A DNA stretch of 64,000 nt from an uncultured virus (IMG/VR IMGVR_UViG_3300022700_000138) (IMGVR_UViG_3300022700_000138), one strand, 5' to 3'; shown: positions 27,979-38,076, counted from the first letter of the stretch. The notes: generated from the letters alone by a model not told the origin. Program-made: numbers and translations.

Positions 27979-28496
27979 TGTATGAACAGCTAGTAAAACA
28001 GTACGTTGAGTTTGTCAAGTTAGATACAGCGGAAAACAGAACCCGCGCAGCCAAGCACTATTTAGGAGAAATGCTGCCAAATGGGCACGTCATGGTTAAA
28101 GGTGAAAAGAAACAAAGGTGGAAGTACACAACAGAAGGTGACTTCTTCGAGACGTTCGGAGTGGCACTCAAAGAATACCCTAGATTCTACGCTGAGGTTG
28201 GGGGTGCACACGCACCCGAAGGCCCGGTCATCCCCGGTACACTCGGACCCATTTTTGTCCTCCGCAAAACCAACTCAGGACAATTCAAAATACACGCACT
28301 CAAGTTAAAGGGGTACTACAGTGAGGACAGAAGCCGCGGCTGGGTAGAAATAGATAAATGGGCTGAAGAGATCGGAGACAAAGAACTAATTGATATAAGC
28401 AAAAAGTCTAATGAAATTAACAAAATAGAAATAGAAAACAGGGAAGAGGCTGAAAAGGAGTTGCGGGCAATGATGGGGATAGTAGACGATGAGTAA
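27978..28496 (+). CDS. Hypothetical protein
   Basis: TAATG-coupled ORF with GGAGG SD. Confidence 0.7.
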   Translation: MYEQLVKQYVEFVKLDTAENRTRAAKHYLGEMLPNGHVMVKGEKKQRWKYTTEGDFFETFGVALKEYPRFYAEVGGAHAPEGPVIPGTLGPIFVLRKTNSGQFKIHALKLKGYYSEDRSRGWVEIDKWAEEIGDKELIDISKKSNEINKIEIENREEAEKELRAMMGIVDDE

Positions 28497-28884
28497 AAGG
28501 TCCAAGATAATAAAGGTGCTAAATAAACTGAAATTCAAAAGACGAAAGCCCAAAATAATAGAAACAGATGGCGCCCAGTTAATCACAATTGTTTCTACTG
28601 AATTACCGGACCAATGCTTAGCTGTAGCTTGGGACACGGACGATTCAGGATATGGATTCTGGCGCATACAGCACGTGGGAATCATGCGCTCAAAAATAGT
28701 CTCCAAAGAGTTGAGACCAGGGGAACCTACACCAGCATTCTATGGCGACGTTTGTATTAAAGGAGCCGGAGGAAATGATCTGCACACAGGCTTTGGATAT
28801 GAAGATGATGACATAATCGACGAAGAAGGCCAAGTAACAAACAAACCGCTGGAAATAAACATATTCCCAGTCAGAAAAAGGTGA
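28489..28884 (+). CDS. Hypothetical protein
   Basis: Overlapping ORF in the operon. Confidence 0.65.
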   Translation: MSKRSKIIKVLNKLKFKRRKPKIIETDGAQLITIVSTELPDQCLAVAWDTDDSGYGFWRIQHVGIMRSKIVSKELRPGEPTPAFYGDVCIKGAGGNDLHTGFGYEDDDIIDEEGQVTNKPLEINIFPVRKR

Positions 28885-28888
28885 GAGA

Positions 28889-29464
28889 ATGAGTAATTGG
28901 GCCCCTGAAAACATAAATCCCGAAAAACTCAAAGCTATGGGTACCGAAAGGATCGAGCCTGAAAATTACGTATACGCACCCCCAAAAGGGGCTCCACTAC
29001 TAGAAGCCCCGAAAAACGGATTGTTCTATAAGCCAGACGAACCATCGGCATCCACAGATAGACTCCTCCCATATGAGCGCAGGTATATAAATCCAATTGC
29101 GATAGATACTGCTGGTGTATTCGGACTATATGGACCAGTACCCGATGACATATACCGCGCCGTACCGGAATACTCAAAATTAAAAAATATGTTCTGCATC
29201 ATAAGCAGGAGTGGGGTAAAGAAATTAGATAATGGAATATTCTGGGAGCCCGTTGTGGTTATAGTCCGTAAGTTCCTAATTGTACGTATTCAATGTTTTC
29301 TGGCCCCAAGTTCGGGAACATTTAATGTCAAACGTATATTGATGTGGTCAAAAATGACCCAGAATTACGAGGCAGCAGAAGACCCAGCCACGGGAACTGT
29401 AAACCCCTCGGTGATACCGTACCTATTAACCAAATACAACGAGATTGAAGGCGTAACCGGATAG
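28889..29464 (+). CDS. Hypothetical protein
   Basis: ORF in the operon, coupled to the downstream helicase. Confidence 0.65.
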   Translation: MSNWAPENINPEKLKAMGTERIEPENYVYAPPKGAPLLEAPKNGLFYKPDEPSASTDRLLPYERRYINPIAIDTAGVFGLYGPVPDDIYRAVPEYSKLKNMFCIISRSGVKKLDNGIFWEPVVVIVRKFLIVRIQCFLAPSSGTFNVKRILMWSKMTQNYEAAEDPATGTVNPSVIPYLLTKYNEIEGVTG

Positions 29465-30993
29465 TGCCAAACAACCGCCCTAAAATAGTGTTCTCTAATC
29501 AGCTGTACGTACCACAGAATATGGTCGAGGATCGTATACTGAGTCGCTGGTACTATAGCTGGGAGGAAACTAAATATGTAATCCGCGAGAATGAAGCAGG
29601 AGAGGTGCAAAGGGATCAAAAAGACAATCCGATAAAAGACAAAGTCATAGAAAGAAGATCTCTACGAACGTACAAAGAAATATTTACTAATACTGGCGAA
29701 CCGTACATCGCACTACCTAGGGGACATAAAGCTAAGCTTTTACCTTTATTGAAGCTAGGATACCAGGATAGGCGACCTATAAATCCATTAGGGTTTGACC
29801 TGCGAATGAACCCAAGTACTCTGGCGGACAAACGTTGGCCGGACCAGGCCCGCTGTGCACTGGACTTCATACAACAAGGCAGTGGAATCATAGAAGGGGA
29901 TACAGGAAGCGGTAAGACGGTCATTGGAACAGCAATACTGACCAAACTCAAAGTTAACACACTTATTATAAGTGGGAGGAAAAGAGGTAACACACAGTGG
30001 GAGGAGGAGATAAGAAAGCACACTAATATAAACGACATAGAGAAAAAACTAGGAAAAAGACTAGTAGGGCCGTACAAAGCGCGTCGTAAGAATAATTGGT
30101 TTCCAATAACTATTGCAACCGTACAATCACTATACAGCAATCTAGGCAGGGAATACTGCAAAAAACACCGAAACGATTTCAGTTATATGATGATAGACGA
30201 GGTCCACGAGTTCGGGGCCCCGGAGTTCTACCGTGCAGCAAACTATCTTAATGTATTGTTTACTTCCGGTCTAACCGCAACAGTGGCTAGAAAGGATCGA
30301 ATGCACTACAAAGTGATAGACCTGGTTGGTCCTGTGGTCACCTCTGGCAAAGCTAAGCATATGCCACCTACAGTCTATATGATCCATACCGGAGTGGAAG
30401 CGCCGGAATGGATATACCATAGGAATTATCCGAGCCATTTCCAGTGGAATGAAATAATGCGAACTTTGATGGGGTCTGAAGAACGTTTTGAGTTAATTAT
30501 GAAATACGTCCGGAAAGACATTGCAGACAATAGAACGATTTTATGCATATCTGAGCGACGGGGATTCATAGAGAAGGTAAATTATATGCTGAGCTGTGAA
30601 GGCTATGATGTTGCTTACGTAGATGGGCGGGTAAAAGGAAAGATACGGGATAGAATATACGAAGAGTTCAAGGAAGGTAAGTACCAAATTATGTGTGCTG
30701 GTAAAGTAATGAATGCGATGGTAGACCTACCAAACATAGACTGCCTACATTTCCTATCACCATCAAACAGCGAAACAACAACCAAACAAGTGTACGGACG
30801 TGCCCGACGGTGGCTCAAGGACAAGAGACTACCAATAATTAGAGACTATGTAGACTCTGGTGGGCAGTTGGATGGGGCTGCGCGTAAACGGATTGCGCTG
30901 TGCCGAAAGGAGGGCTGGAAAGTGATAAACGTGGGGATTGGAGCTGCACGAATGGCCACTGGTATGAGTGACTGGAAAAAATATGCGCGGTAA
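29464..30993 (+). CDS. Superfamily 2 DNA helicase (UvsW/ResIII-like)
   Basis: GDTGSGKT, ATVQSL, IDEVH, GLTAT..RKD, DLPNID, QVYGRARR. Confidence 0.9.
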   Translation: MPNNRPKIVFSNQLYVPQNMVEDRILSRWYYSWEETKYVIRENEAGEVQRDQKDNPIKDKVIERRSLRTYKEIFTNTGEPYIALPRGHKAKLLPLLKLGYQDRRPINPLGFDLRMNPSTLADKRWPDQARCALDFIQQGSGIIEGDTGSGKTVIGTAILTKLKVNTLIISGRKRGNTQWEEEIRKHTNINDIEKKLGKRLVGPYKARRKNNWFPITIATVQSLYSNLGREYCKKHRNDFSYMMIDEVHEFGAPEFYRAANYLNVLFTSGLTATVARKDRMHYKVIDLVGPVVTSGKAKHMPPTVYMIHTGVEAPEWIYHRNYPSHFQWNEIMRTLMGSEERFELIMKYVRKDIADNRTILCISERRGFIEKVNYMLSCEGYDVAYVDGRVKGKIRDRIYEEFKEGKYQIMCAGKVMNAMVDLPNIDCLHFLSPSNSETTTKQVYGRARRWLKDKRLPIIRDYVDSGGQLDGAARKRIALCRKEGWKVINVGIGAARMATGMSDWKKYAR

Positions 30994-31540
30994 AGACAAA
31001 CGCGGGTTCAATCCAGATCTAATACTGGCTAGGAACCAATGGGAAGTAGTATTCAGCAATGCAAACATTCCAAGAAGATTCTGGAATGTTGACAGTAAAA
31101 CTATAAAGTTTCAGCAAATAAAGGTAGAAAAAGAAACGATAACTGCAGAGGCACAGAGGCAGTGGCTGAACAGGCTTATAAAGCACCCCCCACGAAATAG
31201 ACCTTTACTGGCTGTATCCTCAGAACCAACAGACACAGGTGCCATGTACCTGGCGATTACTTTGGCAATACGGTGGATGAAAACTAGGGGCACACAGGTG
31301 GCAATAATAGACTTGGCCGATGACAAAAAGTACTTTGATGAATATCCACACTTCATAGTAATGCATAACATATTGAGTAGCACTAATCCAGACAGACTCG
31401 ATAAGATTAGAGATCTATGTATACGGTTCAAAAACTCATTTCGTTTAGTGGTGATCGCAAACGAAAAGCAACCGTACAACTGGATGCTTAAAAAACTTGC
31501 GCTTAGACCGACCGCTGCGTTCAGAATAAAGGACAGATAA
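30983..31540 (+). CDS. Degenerate DnaC/IstB-like helicase-loader homologue
   Basis: NANIPRRFWN N-terminal motif; P-loop position reads SSEPTDTGAMYLA (no GKT); lies directly upstream of dnaB. Confidence 0.5.
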   Translation: MRGKDKRGFNPDLILARNQWEVVFSNANIPRRFWNVDSKTIKFQQIKVEKETITAEAQRQWLNRLIKHPPRNRPLLAVSSEPTDTGAMYLAITLAIRWMKTRGTQVAIIDLADDKKYFDEYPHFIVMHNILSSTNPDRLDKIRDLCIRFKNSFRLVVIANEKQPYNWMLKKLALRPTAAFRIKDR

Positions 31541-31557
31541 AGGACCCGGTATAAACC

Positions 31558-32964
31558 ATGAGTGTGTTTACGGACATTGAACAAAAGATAGTCATAACCA
31601 TTACAGAAACTAAAAACCCAGATGTACGTGGGTACCTGCTCAGTAATACTACACCGAATGATTTTGGTGATGAACATGCAGCAAACGGGCGCAAAAGAAT
31701 GGACGCGCTTTTGCAGCAAGGTAAAACAATACCGGATGCTCTTACTTTCTCGCAGGACACCGTTTTCTCAAAGGGCACACAGTTATTTGTAGGGGGGAGT
31801 CCCCTACTGCGAGAAGAGTGCAAGGACTACAACTTAGAAGACGCCAAGGCACTAGTACATCGCTTAAAGCTAGCACGAAACAAACGTGCGTGGGAAGATA
31901 CGCTAGTAAACGTAGGCAAGACCACAGAAGGAGCTTTAGACGAAAAACAGTTGGAAGACATCGCCAACGAGGTTGAAAAAACCTTGGTCGTGGTGCGGGA
32001 CGGCTTCAATCAGCAACCGCTGGAGCACCTTGGGGCAAGACAAAGCGAAGAAACAGCTAAGACGCTACTTCACGAAATAATAGATCAGGAAGCCGCGCAG
32101 TTTGTATCGACAGGCATCCCAGAACTCGACAAGAGGATATTTGGCTACGAACGCGGCAATCTAGTGACGATCTCCGCTCCCCGTGGTGGAGGTAAGAGCA
32201 CTATGGCAATGTGCAATGGGATAAGGCAATACTTAGATCGTAATCATAACGTTTGTTTTGTGTCCATGGAAATGACAAAAAAGGAGTTTTTGCGAAGGTT
32301 AGTATCCAACATAAGTGAAGTACCACACGACAGTATACGGTCTGGCAAGTATAAAAGCAAAGAAGATCTAACTAAAGTGAAGAGAACTTGGTCTAGATTT
32401 TGGCATCACGGGCAGAAGAATAATTGCACATTCACAATATGGGCAGTGAGTGAATCATTCTTCACTCCGATGAAAATGGAAGCATCCTTGGCACCCTTCA
32501 TGTATGATGTCATCATCATAGATTACATAACGCTCTTTCACGGAGGAAAACTAGAAACTTGGAAGATGCAAATGGAATATAGCCGATATCTGGCACAAAT
32601 GGCCAAAAGGTTACAATGTGTAGTAATCGTCATCACTCAAATGAACGAAGAAGAAAAAGTCAAATATGGAAGAAGTGTGGAAGAAAACACAGACTATTGG
32701 TTGAATTGGCGCTGGAGAGAGGAAAAAGAAGCTGAGTTGGGTAAAGCAGAAGTCCGGTTGCAAAAAGCAAGGCACACCAAACCACAAAGGCTACTCGGCG
32801 ATTTCCACCTGGATGTTATGAACATTCAATGCTCTGCTCTTACAGAACAAGCGATTGTCGGAATTGAAGCGGATGATAATAGGGTGAAAAAAGGAGGGAA
32901 ACAGGAACAGTCAACTAAAGACGCGGTTCCTGCTGCTATCATTACGTCCGGCGACTCAACTTGA
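31558..32964 (+). CDS. dnaB: Replicative DNA helicase (DnaB family)
   Basis: STGIPELD, SAPRGGGKST, VSMEM, IIIDYITL, ITQMN, QKARH. Confidence 0.92.
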   Translation: MSVFTDIEQKIVITITETKNPDVRGYLLSNTTPNDFGDEHAANGRKRMDALLQQGKTIPDALTFSQDTVFSKGTQLFVGGSPLLREECKDYNLEDAKALVHRLKLARNKRAWEDTLVNVGKTTEGALDEKQLEDIANEVEKTLVVVRDGFNQQPLEHLGARQSEETAKTLLHEIIDQEAAQFVSTGIPELDKRIFGYERGNLVTISAPRGGGKSTMAMCNGIRQYLDRNHNVCFVSMEMTKKEFLRRLVSNISEVPHDSIRSGKYKSKEDLTKVKRTWSRFWHHGQKNNCTFTIWAVSESFFTPMKMEASLAPFMYDVIIIDYITLFHGGKLETWKMQMEYSRYLAQMAKRLQCVVIVITQMNEEEKVKYGRSVEENTDYWLNWRWREEKEAELGKAEVRLQKARHTKPQRLLGDFHLDVMNIQCSALTEQAIVGIEADDNRVKKGGKQEQSTKDAVPAAIITSGDST

Positions 32965-33141
32965 CTATCGGCCTGTTCGAGCGGTCGATCGGATCAAACG
33001 TACACGTCTGTTGTCTACAGACACTCGAGTCGAGTCTGACAGGCTTACCCCAACAGAGCCCCAGACACCCCGATGCCGAGGGAACCGACGTAGAGTACGA
33101 AGTTGAGACCGGCTAAGTTGTCTTATCTGTTGTCTCTGCAT
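32965..33141 (-). CDS. Small Arg-rich protein (58 aa), below the ORF-track cut-off
   Basis: AGGAG SD; MQRQQIRQLSRSQLRTLRRFPRHRGVWGSVGVSLSDSTRVSVDNRRVRLIRSTARTGR*; stop abuts the dnaB stop with no gap. Confidence 0.55.
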   Translation of the reverse strand: MQRQQIRQLSRSQLRTLRRFPRHRGVWGSVGVSLSDSTRVSVDNRRVRLIRSTARTGR

Positions 33142-33268
33142 GGCTTACGCTCCTAAGTTAAAGTCCATATTGCGCTCACCATATACAACCAGTTTGATAC
33201 TAAAGTGGTACGTTGTCAACAGTAAAATCACCCCAGAAGAAAGATATAAATAGACAGAAGACACTACC

Positions 33269-34126
33269 ATGACAAATTCAACAATGATACCAATGTTTTA
33301 TGGTACCACCCGGTATCTGATTTTTGACTGGGCAAACATGCTGTTTCGGGCAGTGTCGGTAGCAGAAGCAGACAGATTCGTGCACCTTCTATCGATAATG
33401 CTGCTTAACTATCGGAAAGAATTCAGAAATTGGGAAATGGTGTTCGCGCTTGAGGGACAAGGGTCCCAACATCGCCGCCGGATTCTACCAGAATACAAGT
33501 GCGGTCGAAACTACGAACAGGACGTACAAGACACCATAATAAACGCAACTAAAATACTTGATTTCATTGAATGTAGGACCGTTCGGGCACCGAATGGAGA
33601 AGCAGACGATGCTATAGCAGCGTTCATACACCAACGAGCTGACCACACCCGGTGCGCTGTGATAAGCGAAGACAGGGATCTATGGCAGCTAATCACACCT
33701 AACACAACAGTGATTACGAGACAGCAAGGCGAAATCACTGAAGAAACCTGCTACGCCATAAAGGGTGTATACCCTAAAAGCATCCCCCTGTACAAGGCGC
33801 TGTTCGGCGATAAAGCAGACAACATCCCCAAAGGGGTACCACGGATGAAGACCAAAACGTTGCTAAGATTGGCAAATAGTGGTACTTCTCCCCGCCAAAT
33901 GTACCGTACCGCCATGCAAGAAGGGTGGTTGTCCCCCAAAGACCACGAGCGCCTTGTAAAGTACCAAAAGAGGGTAAACACCAACTTCAACGTGGTCGCA
34001 TTGAATCGTAATCTACAGATTGAGGTTAAGCACAATGAGGCTGATCCGTACAGTCTAAGACGGTTCGTAGTAGAAAACAGCAGCAAAAAACTGTCTGTAG
34101 AACAGGCAAAACGTATAGCCAGGTAA
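33269..34126 (+). CDS. 5'-3' exonuclease / flap endonuclease (Pol I 5' nuclease, T4 RNase H-like)
   Basis: IFDWANMLFRA, EYKCGR, GEADDAIA, SEDRDLWQL, GDKADNIPKGVP. Confidence 0.92.
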   Translation: MTNSTMIPMFYGTTRYLIFDWANMLFRAVSVAEADRFVHLLSIMLLNYRKEFRNWEMVFALEGQGSQHRRRILPEYKCGRNYEQDVQDTIINATKILDFIECRTVRAPNGEADDAIAAFIHQRADHTRCAVISEDRDLWQLITPNTTVITRQQGEITEETCYAIKGVYPKSIPLYKALFGDKADNIPKGVPRMKTKTLLRLANSGTSPRQMYRTAMQEGWLSPKDHERLVKYQKRVNTNFNVVALNRNLQIEVKHNEADPYSLRRFVVENSSKKLSVEQAKRIAR

Positions 34127-34130
34127 CATT

Positions 34131-35303
34131 ATGAAGTGCAAAATCAGCGCTAAGGCGTTAAAATCGCTTAAAAATTCTGTAGCGGCTCTGCAGAAACTTG
34201 GGGTGAAAACCAAAGACGACCAGCTCCGATGTATGTTCACAACCAAGGATGACTCCTTAACTGTTGAGTCCGCACATATGGGAGCGTTCTTAACAAAAAA
34301 GATGGACTGCACAACATTACGCAGTGGCCAATTCGGCATCAATTTAAAGAACTTAAAGATTCCGAGGCTTTCTGGAGAGGTTACCATAGACTGTAAAGAC
34401 GGAGTGGTGATCTTCGGAACAAAGAAGACCCAATTCAAACTGGCCACTGATCAAGAAGCGGAAGCTGCAATAAATGGAGCTAGGCATGACAATAGTGGAA
34501 TCGCACGTGCCCAAATAAAGACTTCCTTGCTTGTTGATGCTACCAGAACAGTGGCACTACAACCCGGACTCAAAGAAGAAGATCTAGCGGTACAATTCCG
34601 ATTCAGAAAGAGCGGAAACGTTGGTAAAATGGAGGTTGTTGGGTCGGATTATTTTAGCTACGGGCGGTACTTAAAAGCAAACGGTGACATTAAGGTAAAA
34701 GGGAATAAACCTTTTGGTTTTGTAATTAGCTCGAGTGCTATAAGTACAATACTAGAAGAAGCAGAAGGAGAGGTAATAACTGTCGGAACTAATAGTATAG
34801 AAGCTACTGCAGCAATATTTAAGTCCCACGATACAGAAATTCTGTTCCCGACAATGGGCAAAAAGCTTCTTGATTGTAGTAGAGTAGTAAAGGACACCAA
34901 AACAGGGAAATTCGGGGGTAGTTTTCGTTGCCATAAAAAGAAATTAGCAGATGCCGTATCAACAGTAACAGCCGTGTTAGGGTCCAAAGACGACCCAAAA
35001 ATATACATCACGTTGGAAAAGGATAAGATTACTGTGAGGGCGTTGTCTATTAGTGGGCAAATAGGCAGAGACCGAATCGACACAGACCCGCCCAAACTAG
35101 GAAAAGAGAAGAAACATACAATGTCTGTAAATGAAAAGTATCTAACAGACACGATTCGACGTGCTCCGGATGTACTTCCGATTAGGGTGGAATCATGGAA
35201 CGAAAAGCATCTTCTGGTAGAAGCCGAAAAGGTGGAAGACGGAATAGTACAGTTCTTCATGTCGCAAACGATACCCAACAAAGATCTAGAAGATCCCGAC
35301 TGA
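34131..35303 (+). CDS. dnaN: Probable DNA polymerase III beta-type sliding clamp
   Basis: 390 aa with three repeated alpha/beta units (C-terminal KKLADAV...VNEKYLTDTI like the beta-clamp domain III) in a replication cluster with dnaX. Divergent. Confidence 0.65.
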   Translation: MKCKISAKALKSLKNSVAALQKLGVKTKDDQLRCMFTTKDDSLTVESAHMGAFLTKKMDCTTLRSGQFGINLKNLKIPRLSGEVTIDCKDGVVIFGTKKTQFKLATDQEAEAAINGARHDNSGIARAQIKTSLLVDATRTVALQPGLKEEDLAVQFRFRKSGNVGKMEVVGSDYFSYGRYLKANGDIKVKGNKPFGFVISSSAISTILEEAEGEVITVGTNSIEATAAIFKSHDTEILFPTMGKKLLDCSRVVKDTKTGKFGGSFRCHKKKLADAVSTVTAVLGSKDDPKIYITLEKDKITVRALSISGQIGRDRIDTDPPKLGKEKKHTMSVNEKYLTDTIRRAPDVLPIRVESWNEKHLLVEAEKVEDGIVQFFMSQTIPNKDLEDPD

Positions 35304-35311
35304 TCAAAACG

Positions 35312-35785
35312 GTGGACAAAGCAGTTGAAGAATGGCATTTATACGATCCGTATTTTATTACTCAATGCCAGGACAATGGTTATGTACTAAAATTGAGGTC
35401 CGCAGTACATGATGAAGAAATACGGTTAAAAATACTGCGGCAACACGGAAGAGTTATCGCACTTGTTGGTGTTTACGGTAAATCGCATAGACACGCGCGG
35501 GAAAGACTGCTCGGATACATACTAGTGTTTGTCGGTAATCCATACATACATGCAAACACCTGGTATGTCCACCTGGCCTATTCCGACAAAGACAACATAG
35601 GTAACAAGGAACCAGAACCAATAAAGTCAGACAGACACATTCGATTGTACGCAGCCGGGGTAGGCAAATTTGATTACCATTTCTGTTACAAAGGTAAAAC
35701 CAGGGAACATGACGAACTAGGACTCAGCGATGCGGCAACACACAGAGAAACAGCAGATCAGTGGAGAGACGGTAGACAAACCTAA
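35312..35785 (+). CDS. Hypothetical protein (start uncertain)
   Basis: Track ORF starts at 35195 inside the clamp gene; GTG 35312 avoids that overlap. Confidence 0.55.
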   Translation: MDKAVEEWHLYDPYFITQCQDNGYVLKLRSAVHDEEIRLKILRQHGRVIALVGVYGKSHRHARERLLGYILVFVGNPYIHANTWYVHLAYSDKDNIGNKEPEPIKSDRHIRLYAAGVGKFDYHFCYKGKTREHDELGLSDAATHRETADQWRDGRQT

Positions 35786-35978
35786 CAAAACTGGGCACCT
35801 AAACCCAACCGACCAAAGCAAAAAAGCAAGACTACGAAGAAGATTCAAAAATCTGTTTGGGTACAAGCCATGCGGGGTGGACATTGATGAGCTAGAAACG
35901 CAAATCGAGCAAAAAGAACGAGAACTCTCTTCCCGAAACCCACTAGTAAAAGAAACCAACTGGAAAGACAACTACTAA
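35730..35978 (+). CDS. Hypothetical protein
   Basis: 82-aa ORF filling the gap before the helicase. Confidence 0.45.
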   Translation: MRQHTEKQQISGETVDKPNKTGHLNPTDQSKKARLRRRFKNLFGYKPCGVDIDELETQIEQKERELSSRNPLVKETNWKDNY

Positions 35979-35982
35979 GACT

Positions 35983-38076
35983 ATGAAAAACTATCTGCAT
36001 AGTATGACTCCCACTCAACAGCAAGCAACCCTCCACATGGATGGACCAGCTATTGTTTTGGCGTCCCCGGGGGCAGGGAAGACACGAGTAGTAACATACA
36101 GAATAGTCAATCTAGTTAGTGAGGGAGTAAACCCAGCAACTATAGCCGCGATCACCTTCACAAATAAAGCTGCAAACGAGATGCGTGAGCGTGTCGCAAA
36201 GGTAATGCCGCGCCAGTTTGCAAAAATGGTATACATATCAACCTTCCATTCCTTTTGTGCGAAACTACTGCGTATAGAATACGAAGCAGCAGGGCTACCG
36301 CAGAAATTCACGATCTGTGACAGCACAGACTCAACCAACTACATAACACAGGCAGTTTGCCTTGAACTAGGAGTTAGCCCAAAGAAAGCTCGTGGATTTA
36401 GAGACCACAGAAACATAAGATACGTACAGCGGTACATATCGGATAAAAAGCAAAATCTGCTTACACCAGATGATGTCTTCCAAAAAGCAGAAGAGGTAGG
36501 AAAAGAAGACCAACAAGACAAATTCCTAAGAAGGTGCTACGAAAGATACCAGGCCGCAGTAGAAAGAAATCAGTCTGTAGACTTCGATGACCTAATAATG
36601 AAAAGCGCTACACTTTTAAGCCGGAATGCAGAGATAAGGAACAAATACGCAAAACGAATACGTTACATGATGGTAGACGAGTATCAAGATACAAATCTGA
36701 GCCAATATGCTCTAGTGAAAATGCTAAACAGTCACTGGGGTAATATTTTCGTTGTCGGTGACGTAGACCAGTCTATTTTTGCGTTTAGGGGAGCCGACAT
36801 TGAAAATGTACAACGACTAGAAGAAGACCATCCTGAAGCGAAAACATTCTTCATGGAAGAGAACTTCAGGTCTACACCCCAGATAGCAGAAGTAGCGAAC
36901 AAACTAATTGCTTACAACGAAAGCAGGAAAGACAAAAAGATTATTGCAGTTAATAAGGACGGAAAAGAAGTAAGATGGATTGAATGTACTGACCCTACTC
37001 AGGAAGCTGGGTTCATCGTCGATGAAATCATCTCTCGGGTGAGAAACAACGAAGCCAAGTACAAAGACTTCGCTGTTATTTATCGAACACACGCAAAGAG
37101 CCGGCCGTTTGAAGATATACTGAAAGCGCACCAAATACCACATAAGATAATCGGTGGTGTAGGCTTCTACCAAAGATCGGTCATTAAAGACATACTCGCG
37201 TTCTTAAAACTGCGCGTTAATCCTTACGATGAGTCCAGCTTTATGCGAATATACGATTCACCTCCGCGTGGATTTGGGGAAGTAAGCTATGAAAAGATAC
37301 ATAATCTAATCGAAGACGAAAATATCAGTGTCGTAAAAGCATTCAAAGACCATAGACACGAAAAACTACTCAATGGCAGCCCACTAAGAGGTGCTAGGAA
37401 ACTGCGTGAAGTATTCCGGCAAATGTACGCGCACGAAACTGTAAGCGTAGAAAATATAGTAAAAGTGGCACTAGAAGCTACTAAGTATAGAGAGTACCTG
37501 GATGCTGATACTGGAAACAAGACACAGAATAGAAAAAGCGAGGATGACATTGGACTACTGGACGAACTGCAGAACTCAGCTAGGGAATTTGACCGTAACC
37601 ACAAAGGTGGGCTCAGGCGATATTTGGAATTCGTGAGTTTAATGCAGGTAACTGACGAAGACGATGACGGAGACCACATAACGTTGATGTCTTGTCATGC
37701 AGCCAAGGGATTAGAATTCCCGAACGTATACGTAGTAGGTGCAATAGAAAGTAGTATGCCAATACTTAGACCTGCGGACGACGCAGGAAATGTCAAAACA
37801 AAAGGTCAGCTCAAGAAGGATCTAGAAGAGGAACGCCGGATTGCTTTCGTTGCTGCTACACGCGCAGAACGTGAGCTTACTATATCGTCCTACCAACGTA
37901 GACCGATGCGCGGTAGCTGGGAGGAGTGCTCTCCGTCCCGGTTCATCGAGGAAATGGGAGAAACTGTAAAGCACGAGGACATTACAAGAACAGGAATGGG
38001 GAACCACATGGCAGCGCCTGTACAACGCAAGCGCTACCGAAATAGACACACCAACAGCCGAGTCAAAATGTTTTGA
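35983..38076 (+). CDS. uvrD: UvrD/PcrA/Rep superfamily 1 helicase
   Basis: ASPGAGKT, ITFTNKAANEM, STFHSF, VDEYQDTN, VGDVDQSIFAFRGA, ENFRS, CHAAKGLEF, EERRIAFVAATRA. Confidence 0.96.
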   Translation: MKNYLHSMTPTQQQATLHMDGPAIVLASPGAGKTRVVTYRIVNLVSEGVNPATIAAITFTNKAANEMRERVAKVMPRQFAKMVYISTFHSFCAKLLRIEYEAAGLPQKFTICDSTDSTNYITQAVCLELGVSPKKARGFRDHRNIRYVQRYISDKKQNLLTPDDVFQKAEEVGKEDQQDKFLRRCYERYQAAVERNQSVDFDDLIMKSATLLSRNAEIRNKYAKRIRYMMVDEYQDTNLSQYALVKMLNSHWGNIFVVGDVDQSIFAFRGADIENVQRLEEDHPEAKTFFMEENFRSTPQIAEVANKLIAYNESRKDKKIIAVNKDGKEVRWIECTDPTQEAGFIVDEIISRVRNNEAKYKDFAVIYRTHAKSRPFEDILKAHQIPHKIIGGVGFYQRSVIKDILAFLKLRVNPYDESSFMRIYDSPPRGFGEVSYEKIHNLIEDENISVVKAFKDHRHEKLLNGSPLRGARKLREVFRQMYAHETVSVENIVKVALEATKYREYLDADTGNKTQNRKSEDDIGLLDELQNSAREFDRNHKGGLRRYLEFVSLMQVTDEDDDGDHITLMSCHAAKGLEFPNVYVVGAIESSMPILRPADDAGNVKTKGQLKKDLEEERRIAFVAATRAERELTISSYQRRPMRGSWEECSPSRFIEEMGETVKHEDITRTGMGNHMAAPVQRKRYRNRHTNSRVKMF

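Noticed and set aside
24300..32964. Inteins or introns in NrdJ or DnaB
   Set aside because: Core motifs are contiguous, lengths are normal, and no intein-like insertion with C...HN ends was seen.
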